64,000 bases of DNA from Eledone cirrhosa (taxonomy: Eukaryota): the NCBI GenBank assembly GCA_964016885.1, contig OZ024742.1, positions 295,430,001 to 295,494,000 of the forward strand, written 5' to 3'. Below, one piece after another: positions 13,380-24,871 of this stretch. The position numbers and the translations under genes were made by a program. The notes under the pieces were generated by a model that had not been told where the DNA came from, ran no database searches, and saw only the letters and a list, made by a program, of their open reading frames with translations. Numbering within the stretch: position 1 is the first letter of the stretch; each line of letters starts with the position of its first letter.

Positions 13380-14220
13380 GCACATTTACAGTTTCTACAA
13401 TTGACTAAGTAAATACTGTAATGGTCAAACATATCTTCTCTTGCAGAATGGGTTCTTAAGTCCGGTTTCAAATTGGTTGACAAAAAGTGATCTTAAGAGA
13501 GAGACAGAAAGTTTATTGATAGATGCTCAAGAATAATCACTAAACACAAACTCAATAAGAAATGTGTATAAGGCAGATGAAACAAATAAGTGTAGGTTAT
13601 GTGGGAAGAAGATGGAAAGTGTGACACACATCATGAGTGCCTGTGGCATGCTTGCACAGAGGGAATATAAAAGGCATCATGCTAAAGTATGTCTACACCT
13701 CCATTGGTCATTATGCAAGAAATATGGGTTTGCAACCGCTGAGAAATGGTATTGGCACAAACCAGAAAAGGTCCTAGAAAATCAGACTGTGAAACTCTTG
13801 TGGGACATTACAATCTACACAGATAGAGTTCCTGAAAATACAAGACAGACATAACTTTGGTGGAGAAAGGTACTGAAAGGAAGTGTTTGTTGATCGATCA
13901 AACTTGCCCAGGAGACAATTATATCAATGGTAAATAACATGAGAAAATTGTAAAATATGCAGACTTGAGAATAGATGTTGAGAGAATGTGGAATATGAAA
14001 GTAAGAATGGTACGAATTGGGATTGGAGCACTTGTGTTGTTGACAGAATACCTCCAGAAAAACCTGAATAGAATTGGAATTAGCCTCAGCATTACAATGC
14101 AGAAAACAACAGAAAATAATATGCAGAAAGTAGTGTCTATCTGAAGTTAAATAACTTGATAGGGAACCAAATGATCCAGTTTTAATAAGATCTTCACTGT
14201 ACAAATGAAGAATAATAATA
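13380..14220 (+). pseudogene. R4/Dong-like (R2 superfamily) retrotransposon 3' fragment with CCHC knuckle and restriction-like endonuclease
   Basis: ETESLLIDAQE..CRLCGKKMESVTHIMSAC..REYKRH..WYWHKPEKVLEN..KLLWD..TDR. Flanked by (TAA)n-like sequence. Confidence 0.85.
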
Positions 14221-14447
14221 GTTATAATGGTTTCTGATTTAGGCTCAAGGCCAGCAATTGGGGTGGTGGTGGTAGTGGAGAGTGTTCTCCAAATTTCAAA
14301 TGTTCAATGCCTTAGGGACTACATTAGGCGATTTAGCGATCTCTCTATAATTCTTAGTCTTTCTCTTTTTAGATAGATACATACATATAACATCGCGCCC
14401 TTATAATATCTGTCTGTATGTCTGGCTGTCTGCATTACGTCACTTCC

Positions 14448-14802
14448 CTGAGGATGTCTGTTACTTTATGTGAAAAACTGCGTTTTTTAAGCTTTTTAGG
14501 GTTTTTTTGAGGCGTTATGTCAGACCGATTTCCTTGAAATTGTAACTATTTATTAGTCAGTCTCTTCTTCATACCGTGAGCAAAGAAAATCCAACCTTTT
14601 TATGGTATAGGGCCCGCATTAGGTGAAAATCTGCTTTTTTTCTGCTTCATCAAGGAAAATCTTAAAGATTATCCAGCCATCAGAGTATTCGGTTTATTTT
14701 CTTTACATATTCTCCAGGCATGCAGTTTTTCCATGATTAGGTCTGTTGGCGGCCCGCCTTCCAAAATACCTTATCCCATGCAATGCCGGGTACCACTGCT
14801 AG
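14448..14802 (+). mobile_element. Non-autonomous Helitron (3' part)
   Basis: Ends in hairpin cccatgcaatgccggg followed by CTAG|T. Body homologous to 41097-41670. Confidence 0.75.
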
Positions 14803-14869
14803 TACATAATATATATATATTATGCCATGTGCCTCCATATACATATATATATGTATATATATATATCTC

Positions 14870-15173
14870 ATCATCATCATTTTTACGTCCGCTTTTCCAT
14901 GCTTGCAAAGAGGGACAGGAACCGATTCTGGCTTGATTTCTACAGCTGGATGCCCTTCCTAACACCAACCTCATTTACAGTGAGTGCTGCGTGCTTTTTA
15001 TCCGTGGCACCTACATGGCCACTTTGCAGTGGAATGATAGGGACTGGGGTCATAACGCAATGTGAAATAAAGTGTCTTGCTCAAGGAAACAACATATCAC
15101 CCAGTCTGAGAATTGAACTCACAACCTTTCGATTGCAAGGCCAATGCTCTAACCACTAAGCCATGTGCCTCCA
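14870..15173 (-). mobile_element. tRNA/CORE-like SINE family 1 (internally deleted)
   Basis: Same head and tail as the 56524 copy. Confidence 0.85.
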
Positions 15174-15194
15174 TATACATATATATATATACAC

Positions 15195-15240
<46 letters not shown>

Positions 15241-15789
15241 GTGTACATCTATATATATATATATATATAGGAATTCAGAAGAAATTTAAGACAATAAAAC
15301 GCTCCGTGTACTAGGACATGTAGGTATATAGATAGGTAGGTATGTGGGTGGATTTTAGGTAGGTGTGGCAGGAAGGAGTGAGGGAGAGAGACAACACTTG
15401 ACAGAGAATGGTGAATTTGCTTCTCCCTCCTTCTCTAAATAAAAACATTCAGAATTATTTTGACAGATTGGAGCATTTGTGTGAGAGACGGACAAAAAGA
15501 CTTTACAGTTATTATTATATGGATTTTTTTGTTCTTGAAAGATATCAATCTTTTTGTCAGATTATTTTGATGATGATGATGTACATTTTATTTCCTCTAA
15601 AAAATGAGTTTGTGACCTATTTTTTATTTTTGTTTGTTTTTCTTTCATTTTCCATGGACCTATATGCTTCATCTGATTGGATCTTCAAGTGAGACTAGCC
15701 AAGCTCATTGGATGTTATCCAATTATCATGCACAGGGTATACCCCTGGGTCTCCTGATGGCTGGTTTTGCCCATAAAATATGGCATTTC

Positions 15790-15965
15790 TATCATTCAGA
15801 TGTGATATTAGTATTTTCTTTACTCTCCTTATGTATTCAGATATCATGATCTCCATTTTATTGTCCTTAATGTTGTCTACGTCCAAAACACCCAAATAGC
15901 TATATCCTTTTTGGTGTTGATCTCCTTTATCACCTCACCTATTGGTAGCTTGATTCCATTATTAT
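15790..15965 (-). pseudogene. R4/Dong-like RT fragment
   Basis: YLGVLDVDNIKDNKM..EYIRRVKKIL.SHLN motif. Confidence 0.6.
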
Positions 15966-16277
15966 TACTATGGACATTGGATTGGCAGTATCGGTAGAGT
16001 GACGGGCAACATGCTGTGAGGCATAGAGTCACAGCCCTTTATGTTCAGAGTTTCAAATATATATATATAGCATATATATAGCATGGCCTTAGCTGGATGG
16101 CTGGCACAGGTAAAAGAGTAAAAGAGTATATATATATATTATGAGTAAAAGCGTATGTATATATTATGCGTTTTAACATATTGTTTAGCTCTGGTTCTTT
16201 AACTATTGAGCGCTTGCCAGCATAACTCTGATTTTGCGTTTCGTTTTTTCTACCCGCCGAAATGTGATTCTCGCTGA

Positions 16278-16318
<41 letters not shown>

Positions 16319-16606
16319 ATATATATAGCATGGCCTCAGCCGGATGGCTGGGTCAGGTAAAAGAGTATATTATATATTATGTATATATATATATATATAT
16401 ATATTATGTATATATATATATATTTATATATATATTATGTATATATATATTATGTATATATATAAATGAAAGGTATAGAAAGTATTGTAGCAAGAAGCCA
16501 ACAGTATTCCATAATATATATATATAAGTGACTATAGCGTCAAAATGGGAAAATAGTTAACGTAAGATGTGGGAAAAATAATTGAAACTCAATTCAATAT
16601 ATTATG

Positions 16607-16640
<34 letters not shown>

Positions 16641-16727
16641 ATATATTAGTAAAAAGGAAAAGAAAATGCTGACAGATTTTTTCCAGTGAAAAATAGTTTA
16701 ATTAGGAATAAGTATAAGTTAGTAATA

Positions 16728-16925
16728 AGTAATTGTTTCTACTTTTTGGCACAAGGCGAGCAATTACCCAGTACATTACTGGTACTTTATTTTATCGACC
16801 CCGTAAGGATGAAAGGCAAAGTTAACCTCGGCGGGATTTGAAATCAGAATGGCAAAGGCCGTAACTCTATGTGTCAAAGCATGGCGTCCAAACCTCTACC
16901 GGTACTGCCAATTCACTGCCCTAAG
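16728..16925 (-). mobile_element. tRNA-derived SINE family 2, near full length
   Basis: Head ggcagtgaattggcag, B-box-like atttcaaatcc, core gcctttcatcc..ggggtcgataaaataaagtacc, tail ccttgtgccaaaaagtgagaaacaatta. Confidence 0.7.
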
Positions 16926-16967
16926 TTAGTAATAAGTAATGGTTAGTATTCAGTGTTAGTTTTAAGT

Positions 16968-17003
16968 TTTTACCGGTTGCGCATTTCAAATGCTTTTCAA
17001 AAA
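16968..17003 (-). ncRNA. Minimal type-I hammerhead, U3-A8 variant, probably inactive (A13C)
   Basis: ttt TTGAAAA gcatt-tga-aatgc GCAA ccgg TA aaa, downstream of and sense to the PLE ORF. Confidence 0.5.
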
Positions 17004-17299
17004 TAATTTTGAGATAGAGCGTTCGTGATTTGGTTGGTTGTTGAATGTCACGTGAATAAGCACTATAATTTTGATTGGTCGGTAGAAGTCACGTGAATGT
17101 TCAATAATAAAAGAGGTGAAATGATGTATAGTATTGTCATAACACTCAAGGTGTGTGTGTGTCCAGATTGTACATACTGCAAGGGAATCCATTAGGCCCT
17201 GCCGTATGGGATACTTGTGGATAGAAATGTATGTAGGATGTATGTTGATGTAGGTATGTATGTGGACGTGTGTATGTTGTGGGTTCGTCTTAGAGAGAA

Positions 17300-17900
17300 G
17301 TGTTTAGACAGGGTCCGTATTTGTTAATAAAGTGAGATTCCTTGCTGATGCACTGGGTGTGGATGGCATTATCTTAAAATTTTTAGAGGGGAAAGATTCT
17401 AAAGTTGGGATGATTTTGGGCGGCACAGGTATCAATGTGTTCACTCAGTGGTATTTTCCTGTATTCCCGTATTTTGATTTGGGATCTATGGACAGTCATG
17501 CGTTGGCGGAGACTGTTCTTAATCTCGCCTATGTATTGTTCTCAACAACCTGAGCAAGTTAATACATATATTAGGTTTTCTGATGCGCATGTGAAATTGT
17601 GTTTTACTATAAAACGTTGTCCCTGTTTGAAATAGAATTCCGAACCCTCTATTAGGTTGATGCATATGCCACAGTTGGGTCTATCACATTTTTTTACTGT
17701 GGGTTTCATTGTTGTGGTTGGCAGTACCTTGGCATGTGTTAGGATGTTTTTCATTGACTTAGATTGTCTTTTGCTCTTTATGATATCGTGTGTTCGAAGG
17801 ATTTGGTTCATTCTATGGTCCTTTTTCAACACAGGGATGTTCTGGAGGATGGTGTCAAAGGCCTCATTGTTGAGCAGTTGTGTGTGGAGATGTATGGAAG
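17300..17900 (-). pseudogene. Penelope-like element GIY-YIG endonuclease, 5'-truncated
   Basis: C..PNCGIC...FTCASENLIYVLTCSGC*EQYIGE..LRQRMTVHRSQI...H...KESHFINKYGPCLN. Confidence 0.88.
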
Positions 17901-17912
17901 AGCTTTTAGTAC

Positions 17913-17981
17913 AATATATATATATGTATATATATATTATGTATATATATATATATATATATTATGTATATATATATATAT

Positions 17982-18041
<60 letters not shown>

Positions 18042-18186
18042 GTATATGTATATATTATGTATATGTATATATTATATGTATATATATATATATTATATGT
18101 ATATATATATATATTATGTATATATATATATATTATATGTATATATATATATATTATGTATATATATATATATATATTATGTATAA
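17913..18186. repeat. (TA)n/(TATTATG) microsatellite
   Basis: Directly visible. Similar tracts at 19222-19435, 24103-24415, 24685-24836, 47200-47276 and 60083-60230. Confidence 0.95.
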
Positions 18187-18511
18187 ATGATTTTTTAGGT
18201 TTTCAGGAATTTAACCAACATACACCATCTTGTTTATTACATAAATATATATTATCATCATCATCATCATCGTTTAACGTCCATATTCCACGCTTGCATG
18301 GGTTTGGACGGGAGTAGTATGTATATATATACATACAGTAGTATGTATATATATACATACATGCACACATATATATATGCACGTATCGGTTTACCGAACA
18401 TTTATTATAATGCTCGGTTTGTCTGTTTGTAAACAAACAAACAGACCGAATTACGCCATACAGTGTTTAGGCAACCACGTCACCTTTTTGTTCAACACTG
18501 ACACAGGAATG

Positions 18512-18548
18512 ATGTACTAGTTTCAAGCTTATTAGCTATCGTCAGCAT
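18512..18548 (-). ncRNA. Minimal type-I hammerhead ribozyme (canonical core)
   Basis: atg CTGACGA t-agct-aata-agct-t GAAA ctag TA cat. GUA site, with palindromic ACTAGT at helix III. Confidence 0.8.
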
Positions 18549-18877
18549 TGTATATCTTCCTGCCAGATGGTGAACGTCTGAAAGTATATACTTTCCTTAT
18601 GCATATTAATGGCTGAGCAGCCTAATTTGCATATCGAGTGAGTTCAGTCAGCCGGGCACACCGAAAACGATAAATAGAATAGAATGAAACAAAATTTCAT
18701 TTCTCACTCTTAGTACGGCACTTACTTAAATGTAAGTATGTATGTATGTATACGTACATACATATATGTATACAGACGTACAGTAGTATGTATATATATA
18801 CATACATGCACACATATATATATGTACGTATCGGTTTACCGAACATTTATTATAATGCTCGGTTTGTTTGTTTGTTC

Positions 18878-19219
18878 ATCATCATCATTTCATTTTACGT
18901 CCGCTTTTTCCCTGCTTACAAGGGTGGGACGGGAACTGATTCTAGCTTGATTTCTACAGCTGGATGCCCTTCCTAACACCAACCTCATTTACAGTGAGTG
19001 CTGGGTACTTTTTTGCCGTGGCACCTCCATGACCACTTTGCAGTGGAATGATATGGACCCCAGTCCCTATCATCTCATTTCTACAGCTGAGTAAACTGGA
19101 GCAATGTGAAATAAAGTGTCTTGCTCAAGGAAACAACACATCACCAGGTGTGAAAATTGAACTCACAACCTTTCGATTGCAAGGCCAATGCTCTAACCAC
19201 TAATCCATGTGCCTCCATA
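18878..19219 (-). mobile_element. SINE family 1, full length
   Basis: A-box/B-box head, ccttgagcaagacactt core, RTE-type (ATG)n tail. Confidence 0.9.
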
Positions 19220-19434
19220 ATGTTATGTATATATATATATATATATATATTATGTGTATATATATATATATATTATGTATATATATATATATATATATAT
19301 TATGTATATATATATATTATGTATATATATATATTATGTATATATATATATATTATGTATATATATATATATTATGTATATATATATATTATGTAAATAT
19401 ATATATATATATTATGTATATATATATATATATT

Positions 19435-20221
19435 ATCATCATCATCATCGTCGTTTAACATCCATCTTCCACGCTTGCATAGGTTTGGACGGGAATTTTC
19501 CCACTTGAGGCAAGATTGGTTGTCTTGCTCGTATAGGACTGTCTGGCGGGTTTTCTACAGTTGGATGCCCTTCCTAACACCAACCATGTTTACAGTGTGG
19601 ACTGGGAGGTTTTTACTGTGTTACCTACACGACCGCATTACAGTGTGGACTGTGTGTTTTTTTGTCGTGACACCTACACGACCTCATTTATTTAGGACTG
19701 GATGTTGTGGCACCAACATAACTTTACATCAAAAGGGGTGGTGTGGGTGGGGGTAGTGGGACGGGGGTGTATTTTTGTTAAGAGGTGCCTACTGACTTTA
19801 GGTTTCACTTTGTACTTATATATATATATACACCTCTCAAAGACAATGACACACGACCGTGACTTCTGGCGTCACGCAGTAATACAGAGTACCCAACCTC
19901 CCATGGGTACAAGCTGAAGCATATAGACAATATGCCCCCACACCCCCCACCGCAAGGTGGTCGTGGAGGTGCCACGGCAAAAAAGCACCCAGCCCACACT
20001 GTAAAGTGGACGTGTAGGCGCCACGAAAAAGCACCCAGCACTCACTGTAAATGAGGTTGGTGTTAGGAAGGGCATCCAGCTGTAGAAATCAAGCCAGATC
20101 AGTTCCTGTATGAGCAAGGCATGGTCAGCCGACCAGACACTGCCCACAACAGGACAACCCGTCTAACCCATGCTAGCATGGAAGAACGGACGTAAAACGG
20201 TGATGATGATGATGATGATGA
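19435..20221. mobile_element. Two RTE 3' ends in opposite orientation
   Basis: 19435-19815 (-) matches the UTR at 56946-57617. 19830-20221 (+) matches the UTR of the 29370 copy. Confidence 0.85.
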
Positions 20222-20265
20222 TATATATATATATTATGTAATATTTATTAAAATAACAGATTAAA

Positions 20266-20314
20266 GTTTAAGCAAAGAATCGCTGCTTTCACCCTTAACG
20301 GGATCTCCTGAAAC
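20266..20314 (-). ncRNA. Hammerhead-like motif, CAG-core family (additional A6G)
   Basis: gttt CAGGAGA t-ccc-gttaa-ggg-t GAAA gca-gcgattctt-tgc TT aaac. Confidence 0.55.
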
Positions 20315-20599
20315 TAACAAAGTCAATCTGTAAACGCAGAACTGGATATTTCAAAAAACGTTGCAACCGGAGGAAGACAAGAAGACGATACTTTGGTTCG
20401 TGGTAACGTTCGCTGGCAAAGAACGGGAAAAAACGAATAATACGTCATTAATAGGAGCGGTGAAAAACAATTACGCGCAAAGACAAAACCACGTTTATGG
20501 TATAAAAGAGGTCGTAGACTAATGTTCTCTTAGGTGGTGCATAGAGACGTTCTCTGGCAATGAACGAAAAAACGAAGATAATAAGTCATATGTGGAGCG

Positions 20600-21196
20600 T
20601 TTCCCCCTACACATAAATATAGTAAAATTTTTAATAGAAATACTATTAAAATTTCTTACTCTACGACTCCTAACCTTGCACATAACATCACAGCTTCAAA
20701 TTTAGCTAAACTACCTAGCCGTAGGAACACGTGCAACCCTGTAGTTAGTACTAACTGTAATTGTAGGAATCGGGCTGATTGCCCCCTATCCGGGAAATGC
20801 CTCTCTAGTAACATTGTCTACAAATGTAAGGTTGTAACACCCACGTCCCGTAGGGCCTACATAGGGTTAACCGCCAATAGTTTCAAGCAGCGTCTTTACA
20901 TGCATACCCATTCTTTTCGTTACCCTCTAAGAAGGAATATGACGTCACTTTCAGCTTATATCTGGAGTCTAAAAGACAACCACACCCAATATAAGTTACA
21001 CTGGGAGATCCTAGCTAGGGCTAGATCGTATAACGGAAATAAAAGACCATGTGACCTCTGCGCCGCTGAGGCCCTGGAAATACTCTACGCTACAGACCAC
21101 ATCTTAAACAAAAAATCGGAGGCAATTTCGGCTTGTAAACATAAATTGCACAAAACTTTCCTGTATTACAGCCCCACATTATACCCTAACGGATAG
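20600..21196 (+). CDS. PLE C-terminal linker plus GIY-YIG endonuclease (5'-truncated, frame open)
   Basis: FPPTHKYSKIFNRNTIKISYS..CNCRNRADCPLSGKCL..IVYKC..AYIGLTANSFKQRLYMH..LSAYIWSLK..CDLC..LNKKSE..CKH. Confidence 0.9.
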   Translation, partial: FPPTHKYSKIFNRNTIKISYSTTPNLAHNITASNLAKLPSRRNTCNPVVSTNCNCRNRADCPLSGKCLSSNIVYKCKVVTPTSRRAYIGLTANSFKQRLYMHTHSFRYPLRRNMTSLSAYIWSLKDNHTQYKLHWEILARARSYNGNKRPCDLCAAEALEILYATDHILNKKSEAISACKHKLHKTFLYYSPTLYPNG

Positions 21197-22125
21197 CACG
21201 ATCTATACGTGGATATTTTACGTCTTGATGTGGGAGCTAAGTATATGTTTTGTTTATTCCTTTACTTATTTGCATAGGTAAGTATATATTACCCGTATGT
21301 TTTGTGAAGGTATGTATACCTTCTCGTACGTATATTTGACTGTTATAGCGTATAATTTTTACATATCCTGGTATTTAGGGTTTGGCTATGTGTATACGGG
21401 AGTTTTGCGTCCGCGTGAGTGTGCAGGTTCGTACGTATGGTGTGTGTGTGTATATGTGTACTTCTTGTTTTAGTTGACTTTCGTCTCCGAACATGCGTGT
21501 ATTTATATGTAGGTATGCGTGTGCGCTTGTTATATACGTATTTATTTACTTATATACGTTTATATAATTATTTATTTATTTATACACAAGCATACACACA
21601 CACACATATTTATATGTGCGTGGTTTTGTATACCCATGGTAAGGTTTTGCGTATGCTTGTGTATGTACGTATCTGTTTGCGTGTATGTATTTATTTGTTT
21701 CTATTACTTCTGTATTGTATTTATTTACTTTGTTCTTAACTCTGTAGCGGAGATTTATTTGGTCTCCTAGTTAGAATTTTAGTCTACGATTTCTGCTATA
21801 CCATTTACGTTGTTTTGTCTTTGCGTGCTATTGTTCTCTACGCTCCACATATGACTTATTATCTTCGTTTTTTCGTTCATTGCCAGAGAACGTCTCTATG
21901 CACCACCTAAGAGAACATTAGTCTACGACCTCTTTTATACCATAAACGTGGTTTTGTCTTTGCGCGTAATTGTTTTTCACCGCTCCTATTAATGACGTAT
22001 TATTCGTTTTTCCCCGTTCTTTGCCAGCGAACGTTACCACGAACCAAAGTATCGTCTTTCTGTCTTCCTCCGGTTGCAACGTTTTTTGAAATATCCAGTT
22101 CTGCGTTTACAGATTGACTTTGTTA

Positions 22126-22174
22126 GTTTCAGAAGATCCCGTTAAGGGTGAAAGCAGCGATTCTTTGCCTAAAC
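22126..22174 (+). ncRNA. Hammerhead-like motif, CAG-core family (additional U16.1C)
   Basis: gttt CAGAAGA t-ccc-gttaa-ggg-t GAAA gca..tgc CT aaac. Confidence 0.55.
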
Positions 22175-22301
22175 TTTAATCTGTTATTTTAATAAATATT
22201 TGCTCTACGGTTTTATATATTTGATATATATTTTCCTTATCGAGCCCTCTTTGGATTTTAGTCTTCAATTTTATTATTATTACTATATTATGTAATATAT
22301 A

Positions 22302-22359
<58 letters not shown>

Positions 22360-22479
22360 TATAGACATAGAATATTCGAAAATATTCTGTATGTTTATAA
22401 TAAACATTTTGAAGACCTAATCGCTATAGAATAGAATACGTCACGTATTACAATTAGATTCTCGATAAAAGCAAGGGAA

Positions 22480-23142
22480 GTAATCTACGCGTTTCATTCT
22501 TGTTAGAATTCATCAGGACTACATATCCAGTGCTTTTATCGAGAATGACACAGCTAGAGACTTATAGAATACTTAGCTGTGTACAGGAACTGGTTTGAAA
22601 GAGCGGTTGCCGGTCCGGCAGAAATTAGAAATTGGAATAAATGCTCTGAAATAGCGATATATATGTGAATATAGACATAGAATATTCGAAAATATTCTGT
22701 ATGTTTATAATAAACATTTTGAAGACCTAATCGCTATAGAATAGAATACGTCACGTATTACAATTAGATTCTCGATAAAAGCAAGGGAAGTAATCTACGC
22801 GTTTCATTCTTGTTAGAATTCATCAGGACTACATATCCAGTGCTTTTATCGAGAATGACACAGCTAGAGACTTATAGAATACTTAGCTGTGTACAGGAAC
22901 TGGTTTGAAAGAGCGGTTGCCGGTCCGGCAGAAATTAGAAATTGGAATAAATGCTCTGAAATAGCGATATATATGTGAATATAGACATAGAATATTCGAA
23001 AATATTCTGTATGTTTATAATAAACATTTTGAAGACCTAATCGCTATAGAATAGAATACGTCACGTATTACAATTAGATTCTCGATAAAAGCAAGGGAAG
23101 TAATCTACGCGTTTCATTCTTGTTAGAATTCATCAGGACTAC
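22480..23142 (-). ncRNA. Three type-I hammerhead ribozymes (22480-22522, 22790-22832, 23100-23142)
   Basis: Reverse complements of the 23591-23633 motif. Confidence 0.88.
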
Positions 23143-23590
23143 ATATCCAGTGCTTTTATCGAGAATGACACAGCTAGAGACTTATAGAATACTTAGCTGT
23201 GTACAGGAACTGGTTTGAAAGAGCGGTTGCCGGTCCGGCAGAAATTAGAAATTGGAATAAATGCTCTGAAATAGCGATATATATGTGAATATAGACATAG
23301 AATATTCGAAAATATTCTGTGTTAGAAATTGGAATAAATGCTCTGAAATAGCGATATATATGTGAATATAGACATAGAATATTCGAGTCTTCAAAATGTT
23401 TATTATAAACATACAGAATATTTTCGAATATTCTATGTCTATATTCACATATATATCGCTATTTCAGAGCATTTATTCCAATTTCTAATTTCTGCCGGAC
23501 CGGCAACCGCTCTTTCAAACCAGTTCCTGTACACAGCTAAGTATTCTATAAGTCTCTAGCTGTGTCATTCTCGATAAAAGCACTGGATAT

Positions 23591-23633
23591 GTAGTCCTGA
23601 TGAATTCTAACAAGAATGAAACGCGTAGATTAC
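23591..23633 (+). ncRNA. Type-I hammerhead ribozyme (canonical core)
   Basis: gtagtc CTGATGA attct-aaca-agaat GAAA cgcg TA gattac. 6-bp helix I (one G-U), 5-bp helix II, palindromic ACGCGT helix III, GUA site. Confidence 0.9.
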
Positions 23634-23900
23634 TTCCCTTGCTTTTATCGAGAATCTAATTGTAATACGTGACGTATTCTATTCTATAGCGATTAGGTCT
23701 TCAAAATGTTTATTATAAACATACAGAATATTTTCGAATATTCTATGTCTATATTCACATATATATCGCTATTTCAGAGCATTTATTCCAATTTCTAATT
23801 TCTGCCGGACCGGCAACCGCTCTTTCAAACCAGTTCCTGTACACAGCTAAGTATTCTATAAGTCTCTAGCTGTGTCATTCTCGATAAAAGCACTGGATAT

Positions 23901-23943
23901 GTAGTCCTGATGAATTCTAACAAGAATGAAACGCGTAGATTAC
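23901..23943 (+). ncRNA. Type-I hammerhead ribozyme (second plus-strand copy)
   Basis: Identical to 23591-23633. Confidence 0.9.
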
Positions 23944-24139
23944 TTCCCTTGCTTTTATCGAGAATCTAATTGTAATACGTGACGTATTCTATTCTATAGC
24001 GATTAGGTCTTCAAAATGTTTATTATAAACATACAGAATATTTTCGAATATTCTATGTCTATATTCACATATATATCGCTATTTCAGAGCATTTATTCCA
24101 ATATATATATATATATTATGTGTATATATATATATATAT

Positions 24140-24243
<104 letters not shown>

Positions 24244-24414
24244 GTGTATATATATATATATATATATAATGTGTATATATATATTATGTATATATATATA
24301 TAATGTGTATATATATATTATGTATATATATTATGTATATATATATTATGTATATATATATTATGTATATGTATATATATATATATATATATTATGTATA
24401 TGTATATATATACA

Positions 24415-24685
24415 CACCTTTTTATGCAGCTGTCATCCTTCATACACATCACATGTCCATACCAACATAACCTCCTCACCTGCACACAGGAGATTCCTCT
24501 GATGCTCAGTCTCTCTTTCAATTCGGTTATACTTTGCCATTCGTGTATATTACTATTACACATCCATCAGAGCATGCAGGCTTCATTTCTTCCTAATCTG
24601 TGCAAGTCTACAGACAGCGCCCAGATTTCACTTCCATGTAACATTGCTGTTCGTATACATACATCGTATAGTCTGCCTTTCATTT
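24415..24685 (-). mobile_element. RTE internal 3' fragment
   Basis: GRLYD.CIRTAMLHGSE..RRLCWYGHV on minus. Confidence 0.85.
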
Positions 24686-24792
24686 ATATATATATACAAT
24701 ATATATATATATATAATATATAATATATATATATATGTATATATATATTATGTATATATATATATTATGTACATATATATATATACATATAT

Positions 24793-24840
<48 letters not shown>

Positions 24841-24871
24841 TATTGAAGTTTGCTTGAAGCATTGTGGAACA

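Larger units (their letters stand above)
20240..22290 (+). mobile_element. Penelope-like element with inverted pseudo-LTR
   Basis: 361-bp inverted repeats (20240-20600 and 21840-22200), each with an HHR-like motif, bracket a GIY-YIG ORF. Inserted in (TA)n. Confidence 0.92.
22357..24102. repeat. 310-bp HHR-bearing tandem array (non-LTR retrozyme-like) with mid-array inversion
   Basis: Units start at 22357, 22667, 22977 and 23287 (partial). Reverse-complement units start at 23387, 23697 and 24007 (partial). Copies look identical. Flanked by (TA)n. Confidence 0.95.

Noticed and set aside
22357-24102. CRISPR-like array
   Set aside because: Units are contiguous identical 310-mers with no unique spacers, in a eukaryotic context without cas genes.
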